Shown piece by piece: positions 1 to 12,939 of a stretch of 64,000 bases of DNA. This stretch comes from the human T2T-CHM13v2.0 reference genome, Homo sapiens. The notes below the pieces were generated by a model, which worked only from the letters and a program-made list of their open reading frames with translations, made no database searches and was not told the DNA's origin. Location: assembly GCF_009914755.1 (NCBI RefSeq), contig NC_060946.1; one strand, written 5' to 3'. Each line of letters opens with the position of its first letter. The stretch's first letter is position 1. Position numbers and translations under genes: made by a program.

Positions 1-374
1 GTTCCAGGAAGCCATGTCAAGGGCAGAGGGTGGCCCTTTTGCCCTGCCTCTACTGGGGGCACCCAGGGAAATCCCTCCACTGACCCAGAAGGGTGGGCGG
101 GACTGTGAGTGGGAGGAGTTCTGGAACATCTCTGAACTTCTCGTCCAGAAAGGGGAGATGGCAGCGTCTGGCTCACTGTACTTCTAGGGCTGCTGGAGGG
201 TCAGGTGAGATGATGGACGGAGGAGAGGCTCAGAGCTACCGATTTTTCACACGCATAGGCACGGGTGCACACAATACACGCAATATCCACATACACACGT
301 GTGCGTGCACACCCACCCACCCTCGGGGTCTCAGGAAACCAGGCAGGGGAAAAATTAATTCTGGTCTTTTTTGA

Positions 375-800
<426 letters not shown>

Positions 801-1198
801 TGGATTTCTTTTGACGTGGGCCTCCTAGGCTTTCATTATTGCAGCGAGAGTCTTCATTTGAGGGGCTCTTGCCTGCACCTGTGGCCAGCTTGCTCTTCCA
901 CTGCCGTCGGGGAAGGCGGCCCCGTTCCTGTGTGGAGAGAGAACATCCGCCTCGTCATTGTTCACTGAGAGAATGTGAGTGGCAGGCACTGAGCACTTTT
1001 CCCAGGTAGCAGGAGGAGCTGGGGCCACAGGGAGTGGGCTTCCACGCATCAGGGCTCACAGATGTGCTGCTCTTGGCGCCTGCTTTTGTGGCAAGTGCCT
1101 TATGTTGGTTCTCTTCAGGGCAAGTGGTCTTCGCCTTCTCACCTGAGCCATCCTGGCCCAGCCTTGAGGAGCCCCCTGAGGTGAGGGTTTCCGGCCTC

Positions 1199-2262
1199 TC
1201 CCACCCACCCATCCTCTCCTCCACCCCACCCGTCCTTCCCTCCACCCCACCCATCCCCCCATCCTCCCTCCACCCCACCCATCCCCCCATCCTCCCTCCA
1301 CCCCACCCATCCTCTCCTCCGCCCAACCCATCCCCCCTCCCCTCACCCATCCCCCATCCTCCCTCCACCCCACCCATCCCCCATCCTCCCTCCACCCCAC
1401 CCATCCCCCATCCTCCCTCCACCCCACCCATCCCCCATCCTCCCTCCACCCCACCCATCCCCCATCCTCCCTCCACCCCACCCATCCCCCATCCTCCCTC
1501 CACCCCACCCATCCTCCCCTCTGCCCCACCCATCCCCCCTCCCCTCACCCATCCCTCCCTCCGCCCCACCCATCCCTCCCTCCGCCCTACCCATCCTCCT
1601 CCGCCCCACCCACCCCCCCTCCGCCCCACCCATCCCCCCTCCCCTCACCCATCCCTCCCTCCGCCCCACCCATCCCTCCCTCCGCCCCACCCATCCCTCC
1701 CTCCGCCCCACCCATCCCTCCTCCCCTCACCCATCCCTCCATCCTCCCTCCACCCCACCCATCCTCCCTCCACCCCACCCATCCTCCCCTCTGCCCCACC
1801 CATCCCCCCTCCCCTCACCCATCCCTCCCTCCGCCCCACCCATCCCTCCCTCCGCCCTACCCATCCTCCTCCGCCCCACCCACCCCCCCTCCGCCCCACC
1901 CATCCCCCCTCCCCTCACCCATCCCTCCCTCCGCCCCACCCATCCCTCCCTCCGCCCCACCCATCCCTCCTCCGCCCCACCCACCACCCCTCCGCCCCAC
2001 CCATCCCCCCTCCCCTCACCCATCCCTCCATCCTCCCTCCACCCCACCCATTCTCCCCTCCACCCCACCCATCCCCCATCCTCCCTCCACCCCACCCATC
2101 CTCCCCTCCACCCCACCCATCCCCCCTTCCCTCACCCATCCCTCCCTCCGCCCCACCCATCCCCTCCGCCCCACCCATCCCCCCCGCCCCACCCATCCCC
2201 CCTCCACCCAACCCATCACCCCCCTCCACCCCACCCATCACCCCCCTCCACCCACCCATCTG
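1199..2262. repeat. C-rich (G-rich on - strand) complex minisatellite with CCCCACCCATCC core
   Basis: About 1.06 kb of variants of CCTCC(A/G)CCCCACCCATCC; 27-bp units at about 1360-1510; block 1501-1700 is repeated at 1771-1970. Confidence 0.95.
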
Positions 2263-3129
2263 CTCCACATTTTCCCCAGCTCCTCACCTATTTCAGCAGG
2301 GAGCCCCATGGTGGAGAATCAGGAGTGGCTAGGGGAGGGAGGAGGAGCTGGTCCTTCTGTGTTCCATCCCTGGCTTCCGGTGCCCCCAGCAGGCTCCCTG
2401 AGTGGCATCTTCCAGGGAGAGGTCTGGGCAGCTTGCTGATCCCAGGTGTGCTGTGATCATTTTTCCTTTAAGAACTTAACTCATGAAGGCACTTTGCAAA
2501 GAAGAGAAATGGAGTCCTGCACGAGGCTGCAGAAAATCGATTTTCGTTCCATGACTCTGCTCACAGCTATCCGTGTGTTTATTAAATCATCCCTCTCTGT
2601 GATGGATACCACTTTCTCTGGGGAAAGAGCAGCTGGAACCCAAGCCCGGTGGCCCTGCTTGACCCAGTGGCCATGACCGTGGCTAAGCCACGGACAGTCA
2701 CGTGGACTCCGGGCAAGCACCTGGCGACGGTGTAACTGGCTGTGTACTGCGTCCGAGGCAGATGGGCCCCAGAGTCCCATCAAGATCCCCGGCTCTTCAT
2801 GAAGTCACACTTGGCAATATGCATGAGGCAGGCAAAGAAACAGGACCGTCAGCAGAGTGAAGAGAAGCGTTACTTTATTTACAGTGTGTGCGTGTGGGCC
2901 TTGCTGTCCATGGGTAGCCGGGTGCATGTCTACGATGCCAGCTCACCAGGATACGTAGGCCTCTCGTTTTTTGCCGTTTATCATGGTGAGTGCCGTCACC
3001 TCTTGGTGAAGACTCTTGGCCCTTCTGGAGTTACTAGGTCCTGTCACTGATGAGCTTCAGCAGATCTCCTAGGAACACATGTTCCACTAATGATTCAGTG
3101 TGAATAGTAATAAAAGTTAAGAGGCTGTT

Positions 3130-3490
<361 letters not shown>

Positions 3491-4761
3491 CTAGGATCCT
3501 GAGGGTTATGGCATACAAATCTAGCCATTTTCCTGTCACCTTACATTCCTAGAGGAAGGCTCAGCAGAGGGTGTTTGAAACTGAAAGATGAGAGGGGCAG
3601 GCCTGGGGCTGTTCCCAAGTATTAATGCCCCAAGCCTACACCTTTTTAAAAAACAAAAATTTTTATTTAATCAAAGCTATGTGTTATATATTAGAGGAAA
3701 TTTTGAGAGACTTTGACCAAAAAAGAGCAGCCCTCCATCCCAGCCTCCTCACACCGCCAGAGGCGCCGCTCAGCCTTTCAGGTTGCTGTGTCTACTGTTT
3801 TCTTGTTTTTTCCTCTCTCTCTGTCTCTCTCAATGCTGTTCTTAATTTCTGAGGTTTAGAAATGCATTTGTACAGCGGAAGAGGGAAGCTGAGAATTAGG
3901 CTTCCTTACCCTGTGGTCCCAGCACACGGCCATGCCCTCGTGCCCGGCCCTTCCTTCTGAGGCTCCTGGGGTGGTGTGCCTGGACTTGTCACCTGGGTGG
4001 GGCTGTGTCAGCGTCACTGCCGCTGAGTCACCACGTGCACTGTGCCTGTCATCCCTTTCTGGGACAGCATGTCACTTTCCTTGGTGTCACCAATCATCTC
4101 CCTTAGGAGTCTGTGAACCACCCACTCCCTCCCTCCCCACCAGACAGGTTACCGGAGCGGGCGTGTCTGGAGGAGCAGGCAGAGCAGGTGCTGTACACCT
4201 CGTGTCCTCTGGGACCCATCCCTTCTAGGCCCCTCCTCAGGACACCCCCTCCTGCCGGGCTCCCCCCAAGCGCAGCCCCCTTCCCAAACCCACGTTTGCC
4301 TCACTGTCTTCCTTGTCCGGTAGAGCACACCCCTCAGCACTTCTCTGTGTGAATGAGCCTGGCAGGGACCTACCTTGAGATCTACATGTCTGGATACCGC
4401 TGCCTTCTGGCCTCTCTCTGGATGGAGGGTGGAGGGTGGAGGTGGAAGCCACTTCCTCGCAGGCTTCGCGGGAATTTGCTCTCCTCTCTTACAGTGTCCA
4501 GCATTGCTTCTGAGAGATTCGCTGCCATGTGACTCTAGGCCTGTGTTTGCACCTTTTCGTTCCTTCCCCAACACCTCTGCCCTGAGTGTGGTGGTGACAT
4601 GTCTTTTCCTCATCTTGCTGGAGCAGTCTGTGGGACCCTGCGGTCTGCAAAACTCAAGGTTTTCATCTCTAAGATTTTTCTGTGGGAAATGTCCTGAGAA
4701 TTAAATTCCCTGCCATATTTGTTTCCGGAGTACCTACTAGAAGGTGGGCTTCCTGGATAGC

Positions 4762-5181
4762 CCCTTATTTCCGACCTTATCTTTGCATTGCTATAAAGGA
4801 ACACCCTGGCCTGGGTAATTTATAAAGGAAAGAGGTGTATTTGGCTCAGGGTTTAGCAGGCTGTACGAGCATGGCTGCAGCATCTGCTCAGCTTCTGGGG
4901 AGGCTTCAGGAAGCTTTTCCTTATGGTGAGAGGCACGGGGAGCCGGCGTGTCACGTGGCGAGAGAGGGAGCAAGAGGGGAGGGGTGCCACGCTCTTTACA
5001 CCACCAGCTCTGTCCTGAACTAACAGAGCAAGAGCTCACTCACTACCACAGGGAAGGGACCAAGCCATTCGTGAGGGAACCACCTCCATGACCCAGATGC
5101 CTCCCACCAGGCCCCACTGCCAACACCAGCTGTCACATTCCACCATGAGATTGAGAGGGCATGGACATTCAAACTGTATCA
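4762..5181 (-). mobile_element. ERVL-MaLR solo LTR (MST family)
   Basis: TTGCTATAAAGGAACACCC..CTGGGTAATTTATAAAGGAAAGAGG..TTGGCTCA...CATTCAAACTGTATCA matches the reverse complement of MST-type LTRs; left boundary approximate. Confidence 0.85.
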
Positions 5182-6063
5182 CTGTCCTTGTACTCAGCAA
5201 GTGCCACATGTAAGACCTTGCTGTAACCTCGTGCATCCCTGGAGGGCAGTGTCCTCAGCCAGGTGGAGTCCGGGTTCTTCCAGAAATGCAGAAATGGTGA
5301 ACCTGCCTGCTCTGCTGCAGAAACCAAGCTCGTTAATCGGCCAGTAGTGAACGTTGCACCACCTGGTTGAGCTGACGCTTCTGTGGGCAGCAGAAGGAAA
5401 TATGAGCTCTGCGGCTGCTCCAGCCACAGGAGTGTTCCCCCTGCCCCCTGTGGGCTCCATGTGATCTGTGACTCCATGTGGGGGCAACAAGCCAGCTTCT
5501 ACCCCTGCTGCTGGAGCAAGAAGAGTAGATGGCCTCTGCCCATGCGATGGGACCCTGGCCACCTGGGGAAGCAAGGGCATGTCAAGGCCATTCCTGCTGA
5601 CAGTGGGGGTCAGAGCCTGGCGTTGGTCATCTTGCCTCACTCTGCAGTGACAGGCCCCTTCTCAGCAGAAGGGAGCATCTGCCCATCAGTGCACAGTGAC
5701 CCTGGCTCTCTCGCAGAGGCCCCTGGGGTCTGCAGCCTCCTTGAGAGCGATCCCACATGGGAGCCAGAAGTGAGTGCACAGTCCCGGGGCGCCCGCCCCG
5801 TCCAAGCCCAGCTGTGCTTGGGGCTTATCCCAGCCTGTCTGTGGAGCCACTCGAGTTCGTGGCAGCACCTCCCAAACTCTCTGTGCTGAAGGCCAGTTTA
5901 GATTTTCTCCCAGTTCATTTCAGACTGATAAACTTTGGTCAAGTACGGTAATGGTGGCATGGCAAGGGTGCAGTGTGCGGCCAGTTTCTTAGCACCTCCC
6001 TCGGTTTCTGCACATACATCCTTGAGGGCCATGATCAAACAAGCTGTGAGACGCCAGAGCCCC

Positions 6064-6114
6064 GGACCCCAGCTTTAGGAGCCTACCTTTAGGACCCCAC
6101 CTTTAGGAGCCCCC
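6064..6114. repeat. About 3.5 x 14-bp repeat (CC.ACCTTTAGGA)
   Basis: GGACCCCAGCTTTAGGA GCCTACCTTTAGGA CCCCACCTTTAGGA GCCCC. Confidence 0.7.
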
Positions 6115-9100
6115 ATTTGGTGCTGGAAGAGATGGGGTCTGCCTGGATTCCCCCCGAGTCTTGGTCGTCAGGCCTGGCGGTTGCACCCCATGTTCCTGAG
6201 CCCTCTTCTGGCCCCGTGCCACCCCGTTCTTCTGGGACTGTCACAGGAGCTGGCTCTGCCTGCCCCTACTCCTGCTTCCTTCCGATCCACCTTCCAGAAT
6301 GCAGCCAGAGAGAGCTTTCTAGAATGTGCGCTTGATCCCTTCATGCTTCTGCCTGTAGCCCTTCAGCAGCCAGCTCTGCCGTGGGACCATGGGCACATGC
6401 CCGCTGCTACCTGGCTGCTTACCTGCCCGGCCTTAGTCCCTGCACCGCCCCGCCTGCTGTCTCTGGCCTGCAACCCAAACTGACTCCTGCCTCCGACCCC
6501 ACAGGACATGAGCTGCCTCCTTGCCTGGGTCCTGCTTCTCCCCAGTGCGAGTGGCCTTTCTTCCTCTTCCCTGGCCGTGTTGGGAGTCCTGTCCTGGCTC
6601 CTGACCTCTCATTGTCTGCCACGGTTGCTGTGCCTTGTCCCGGGGGAGGCTGTGATGGCCCCACCTTGTACAGCAGGTTGGGAGGTGCAGGTTCCTGCTC
6701 CCACATCACGTTGGCTTGAAGGCGGGCTGTTTGCTGGGGATGCAGGAAACTCCCGAGTGTCCGCGGAAACGCCATGTGATCTAAATGGCACCTTGAAACA
6801 TAAACTGAGCCATTGGATTTCAGTTCGAACCAGGGCCTTGAACTCCCTGGGGTGGACATGGAGTTCATTTGGAGATTTCAGCCTCGCCGAAGGGCTCACT
6901 TGGATGTGAGCTCATGACAGAACGGCCACCACCGTCTCAGGGAGCCAAGTGTGCTCATTGAGATATGGAAAAAAAGGAACTCCAAAAATTGAAGTAGGCA
7001 AATGTTTAGGCGACGCCTGTAAAATGTAACAGCCTATCCACTTCATTCAGTGTTCAACTTTGTATTCATATAAACTTTGGCATTTGAGCATAAATTGTGG
7101 ATTAGAATTTGTTTTCTCAGCGGTTCCCAAGTGTGCACAGGGACATCTTAGAAACCATAGCCAGTTTTCAGTTAAATGAATTGCAGCTGATAATTCCAAA
7201 GCAAAACTATACAGCTCTTTCCATGTTTTTATAAGGAAAAATAGACGTAGTGTGGAGTCTGGCTGCATTTTAATATGCTTGGGGTGGGGCCTCTGAAGTA
7301 CTGGGGACAAGGACTGAGAGGAACGTGAGCCACCCTGCGGAGGCAGCCCCAGTACCAGAGCGGGAGGCTGATTCCAAGGATTTGCCAGCCCCATGTGAAA
7401 GGGCCGCCTGTGGGGGGTGCTGGTTTTGATTTTCACTCCCAATGCCATTGTGAAATTCTGGGTGATTCCAGCTGTGCAGCAGAGTTGACATACTGCTTAA
7501 GATGGGACTGTGGCTTTTCGACATTCGTTTTTAGGACTGTCGTCTGTCCCCTGTGGGAACTTGGCAGGTCCCTTCTGGCTGGGACTTACCGGCGGCTCCT
7601 GGAACCCTTGCCTGGAGCTCTCCCTTGTTGGCTGTCAGGAAACAGGAGGGCCATGGAGCTTTGGCGGTGACACTTGTGGTGTGGCCCTGTGCCTGCGCGA
7701 GGCAGCTTTGCCATACGTCATGCCAATACTTCATTGATCCAGCAGCGGCTTCAGGCTGGCAGCACGATCAACACGGCCCCGGGCATCCTCGCGAGCTCCA
7801 AACATCCTTCCGTGGGCTGTCTCTCTCTCTCTCTCTCCATTCCTTCCAGAGTAGAAATTCTCTTGACTGGGTGAAGGTTGGCATTTCAACCTCAGGACTT
7901 AATACCCTTTCTCGTGGGCCTGGAGCAGGTCCCCTGTGTCCACTCCAGTTATTCCAGAAGGTGCCCTGCCCATGCCTCCCTCATAAGAAAGCTGCCTGCC
8001 TGTGGGGCAGAGGGCAGGGGACTTTGCTGGCGTCTCTTCCCTTGCACGTTTCTGCCTGTGAATTAGTCTTGCCATTAAAGAAAAAAGTTACACCCCCATT
8101 CAAATCATTAATTGAAAAGCCCTTATTATCCCATTGGTGGTGTTTGATATCTAAGGCAGATAAACTCGGAGAAGCTCATCCGCTCAGTCCCTGAAGAAAT
8201 GTGATTACATCCTGGGTCTTATTAAAACATCTCCCTCTCAGCTGTCACATTTTCCCACTTTGCAGCCTTTTCAGGACACGCGAAAGAATCTTGTATGGAA
8301 ACAAATGACGCCGGCCTGAGGGTGGGCCGGGGTGGAAGGAAGGCGGGTTCTGCTGGAGCAGCACTGGTTGGTAGCCCACCGCCCCTCGCCAGCTCCTGGC
8401 CAGGACAGGCCTCACTCAGGGCTGGATCAGCCAGTGTTGACAGGCAGCGAAACCTGGAGAGACAGAGTCACTTTTGTGTGCAGCTAGGGCTGAGAGTGCC
8501 TGAGCTTTTTATGTAAACCTTGGGTGTAAAAGGAATCAAAAAGCAACTGGCAGCCTGGGAGTGTCCTGTGGGACCCTCCCTGCCCCACCCACCCACGAGG
8601 CTGCGTCCTCTTGTCAAATCTGGGGTCAGCCAGCTTCACTACCAAACCCCTGGACTTTGTTTGCAGAAAGAATTCCTCGTGCTGTGTGGCTGGCATCCTT
8701 TCTGCTCATGTCCTGGGTTTCTGATGTGACAACCGAGCACCCCCAAATTGAGATGGGGGGTTCAGCAGGGAGACAGCCTCCAGGGTCCTCTGCCTGGCAG
8801 GGCATGTTGCACCACAGGGGAGGCTGATACAGAGTTTCCCTGCCCAGCTCTCCCGGAGCCTTGGCTGATTCCAGCCTGGGCTGTGCCTTTGCCCACCACC
8901 TCCATGCCTGAAGGGCTGGCCACTTACCCGCTCCCTCAGGCCTCAGCCAGCCTCATCGGGACCCCTCTTGCACCTGTGGCCAGACTCAGACCCCCGCCCC
9001 AGTCCCCAGCTGGGAAGGGGACACTGGCTGTGGCTCTGCTGCCGAGTGTCTTCCTCAGGGATAAGCAGGATGGGGCCTCTTCCCTGACAAGAGTGGTGCA

Positions 9101-9714
9101 GAGCCCACCTGTGGGCAGCCGGCCTTCCCAGAACCCCCTGGCAGGCCGGCGCAGGGCTCGGCGCTGCTTCCCGTCATCCCAGTTAATCCCACGGTCCTTC
9201 GATGAGGGTCTGCGGTGGGTCCATTTCCTTCTTCGCTGATTCCTTCATTTAGCAGCCATGTATCAAGCACGGGTCCTGGACCAGGTGACACTCTGGGCAT
9301 GGAGGTCCCAGGCATTGTGGCCTGGCAGGGAGGATGGAGTGAGAGTGAACCAGAAAATAAGCACAAGCACAGCCTGGGGTTCATGCGAGAAGGCAGCAGT
9401 CGGGGTAGGGGGAGAAGTGGGGTGGTCAACACTTGGTGCCTTGGGCACTGCAGAGAGTTCCACTCGGGGGGCGCAGGTGCCAGAGCCAGGCCCTGGATTG
9501 ATGGCAGTAGTGGGGCATGGCCCAAGGCAAGGATGAGGGGCCTCGAGGCCGGGTCCCACAGGGCTGGTAGCCATGGTGGGGAGGAGTTGAAGGTGATTCT
9601 GCAATACTTTGGCTTCTAAATCGCCCAGAGATCCTGGTGCCTAGATTAGTACTTGTTGAAGGAATGAAAGTCGAGGGGAAGTGACCAAAAAGCTCTAGGC
9701 AGGGCGTGTGCGGA

Positions 9715-9891
9715 GAGTGCTGTGTTCATTCGCCCAGCGCTTGTTCACTGAGCACGCGCCACGTGCCAGGACCACCCGGACACACGTGGTGAGGTCACTG
9801 TGGAGTGCTGTGTTCATTCGCCCAGCGCTTGTTCACTGAGCACGTGCCATGTGCCAGGACCACCCGGACACACGTGGTGAGGTCACTGTGG
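9715..9891. repeat. 2 x 88-bp tandem duplication, probably of a degenerate L2 3' end
   Basis: Near-identical copies start at 9715 and 9803. TTCATTC...TTCACTGAGCAC..CCA.GTGCCAGG resembles the antisense L2 tail. Confidence 0.85.
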
Positions 9892-11739
9892 CCGAGTAGA
9901 TGGGCCAGGGACACCGGTTGAGGAGGCAGTGCTAGTTGCTCGGGTAGGAGTTTGCAGATTCCAGGGAGAGGGCAGTGGAAAAGGAAAGGAATGAGTGGCT
10001 GAGGTTCCTAGAACCTCACGTACGGAGGGAAGTGAGGCACGATGGTGTGGAAGGCCTTGGATACTCGGGGTCCAAGGCCCAGGCTCCCTCCACCACGTCC
10101 CCTGAGGCCTCCCAGTGCCAGCTGCGGTGGGGGCCCTTGCCCACTGTCTGCCCATCTGCCTTCTTCAGCCTCCTAGGAGCAGTGAGGGTCCTGGCCCCCG
10201 CCCCAGGTCCCCACAGCCCCTTTGGTGGACTTGGCTACTTGGCGTTGGCCCCAGGATTCAGCCGGTCTCCCCCCAACCTCAAGATCCTGGGGCTGGCTAC
10301 CACCGACCTGGGTGGTCTCTCCTACAGCACCCAGCTCCACGCTTCGACCAAAGCTGTAGGACGTTGGGAGGAGTAGGTTGGTTGTCCTCAGTTTGTGTGT
10401 GAAATAACAGTGTAAATGTGGGGTGTAAAATGCCCTGGCATCCAGCCTTCCTGAGGGAGGCTTGTTTCAGTGATGGCCAGACCCGGGGACGGGGGACCAG
10501 GAGGTGAGGCTGTGGACCCAGTTCCTTGGAGCCAACCCTGGGCCATGTGGCACCAAGAGCCCGGGCAATCAGGGGTCCTGGGCTTGAGCCCCCTCGTCCC
10601 TAGGGATTCTGAGTGGCCTTTCAGCACTCACCCACCCTGAGCTTGTGCATGCCCCGTGGGACCAGGACTGCTGAGGTGAGCAAGGGCAGTGGACGTCACT
10701 GCCTGTGCCCCCAGGACACCTGTGGCCCTCAGAGCGGGAGCTGCCTCATCAGGACCCCTCTTGCACCCTGTTGCATCGGTAGGGTGGTGGCAGATGTGTA
10801 CTCGCCCCCTCTCCAGAGCCCCCAGACCTGTCCCGGTGTCCCATCTCACGGTAGGTCTCCTCCCAGTCGCCCCGGGGCTGCGGGTGTCGCCAGCCCATGC
10901 TGTGCAGGTGGCGAGTGTGAGCAAACCTGGCCCCGGGCCCTGGCTACGTCTTCACTCGGCGCGGGCAAAGAAGAAAGTAAAATAAGATAAAAAGAAGAAA
11001 GTGGAAGCTCTTGAGGAGGTCTTCGTGCCGTCTCGTGATCCACTTCCAGTCCAGGAAGCCCTGGATCTGTACGGTGTGTTCATTTCGTTACCCTAATTAG
11101 TTTGAGGATTTTCAGGGCAAACATGGTAGGATTTCTCAGTTCAACTTTGGGGTGTTTGTTTTTTGAGATAAAGCACACAGAAGAAGTTGCATTGATCTTT
11201 TAATTCCTCATGCAAAGAAAAAATATTTGCTCTTCTCTGATTTAGTGTGTCTGATTCTCACTGAGGCTGGAGGGGGTGGTGGGGTCCAGTCAGAGTGGAC
11301 ACTGGAGCATGGTGGCGTCCCGGCCCTGTCATCACTGCCCCCTCACTGCCCAAAGAGGGGACATGTACTGCCCCTTAGCGAGGAGCCGAGGACATCCTGC
11401 ACCTCCCTGCACCCCTGCTTTCCTTCTCCCTTGGGGCAGCTTTCCTAGGTCTCCCTGACTGCAGGGGTGCTGGATACCTCTGCCCAAAGCCCCACATTCT
11501 GTGCCCCTTGGAGCCCTGAAGCTGCCCCTGCCCCTAGCAGCCTCTCCACCACTGTCCCTGCAGGCCTGCCTAGCCAGCTTCACCGGCCACACTGGGCTAC
11601 ACCCAAGCCTGGCCCCTGAAGCAGGCGGTATCTTCATGGCTGCTTACCACTGGGGAAGAAGGGTGGGCGCAAGTGGGAAAATCGTCATGAAAATGGGCCT
11701 CCCACGAGGTTGGAGTGAGGAGTGTGGGGTCCCTGCCAG

Positions 11740-11806
11740 TGGGGAGTCGGGAGTGGAGAGTAGGGAGTGGGGAGTGGGGAGCGGGGAGCCGGGAGTGGGG
11801 AGTGGG
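11740..11806 (+). repeat. (GGGAGTG)n G-rich tract, potential G-quadruplex
   Basis: At least 8 GGG runs with short loops. Confidence 0.7.
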
Positions 11807-12212
11807 AAGGAAACTGTCTCAGACAGGAAGTTTGCATCTCTGAAAGGGGCTGGCCCTGCCTTCGCCTCCCTCTTCAGGGCTCAGCATCTCCATCCGTGTG
11901 ATGTTACTGGCACCCCCTCTCAGAGTTGTTGCAAATGCCGGAGAAACACAGGTGCTCTGTGGAGTGTCATCGTCAGTGCCACTGTCACCTAATAGGATTC
12001 CTAGTCCCCCTGGCGTCCAGAGGCTCCGGCACTCATGGAGATACCTTGTGAGCCGCAGTCCTCGTGGGATCGTCCAGGTAGCGGCACCTCACAGCTGTCT
12101 CACGGCCCATCACTTTGTCGAGGAAGAAGTGGCCAGAGCTACTGTTTATAAAAGCGACAGCATCTGTGCCCCAGCCTCTTTGCAGTGTGCTCTGTGCCCC
12201 CAGCTAAGGATG

Positions 12213-12402
12213 CACAGACCCCACCCCAAGGCACTTTCGGCCTCTGGGGGACAGGGAGGACCGTGGACAGTGATGGACCTGCAGGCTGGGGAGGAGCGAG
12301 CAGTAGGACACACAGACCCCACCCCAAGGTGCTCTTGGCCTCTGGGGGACAGGGAGGGCCGTGGACAGTGATGACCTGCAGGCTGGGGAGAAGCGAGCAG
12401 TA
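12213..12402. repeat. 2 x 98-bp tandem duplication
   Basis: CACAGACCCCACCCCAAGG...GCGAGCAGTA starting at 12213 and 12311. Confidence 0.9.
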
Positions 12403-12585
12403 TGTCCTTCTGGAGAAGTGAAGCTGTGTGTCCCGGCACAGCTTCCCAGCCAGCCTCCCTAGTGAACCTTGCCTCTTCCCTCCCCTGAGCTGTAGGAGGC
12501 AGGTTTTGGCAAAGGCCGTCCTTGGAGAGCCCCCTTGGTGGGTCTTAGGGTGTTTGCCAAATCTGCGTGCTTTGCAATTGACAAG

Positions 12586-12939
12586 CATCTTAGTCTCTCC
12601 GGGCTGGTATAACAAAATAGCATAGATGGTGGGCTTAGAAACAGCAGTCATTTATTTCTCAGATCTAGGGGCGGGGAGGCCATAATCAAGGCACCGGCAG
12701 ACCCGGCATCTGGTGAGGGCCCGCTCCTGGTTCATAGACAGCACCCTCTGCCATGTCCTCACACGGTGGAACAGGGAGGGGCCTCTCGGCGTCTCCTTCA
12801 TAGAGGAACCAATCCCTTCCCCGAGGGCTCCCGCTCATGGCCAATCACTTCCCAAAGACCCCGCTTCCTAATACTACCACCTTGGCGTGAGGATTTTAAC
12901 CGATGGATTGGGGGAAACACAAACGTTCCAGCCGTAGCA
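12586..12939 (-). mobile_element. ERVL-MaLR solo LTR (MLT1A-like)
   Basis: TCTTAGTC..GGGCTG.TATAACAAAATA.CATAGA...TCTGGTGAGGGCCCGCT.CCTGGTTCATAGA...CAAACGTTCCAGCCGTAGCA. Confidence 0.8.

Noticed and set aside
1034-2332. 432-aa proline-rich ORF and antisense Gly/Trp-rich ORFs
   Set aside because: Translation of the C-rich minisatellite; stop codons are absent because of base composition, and the start is non-ATG.
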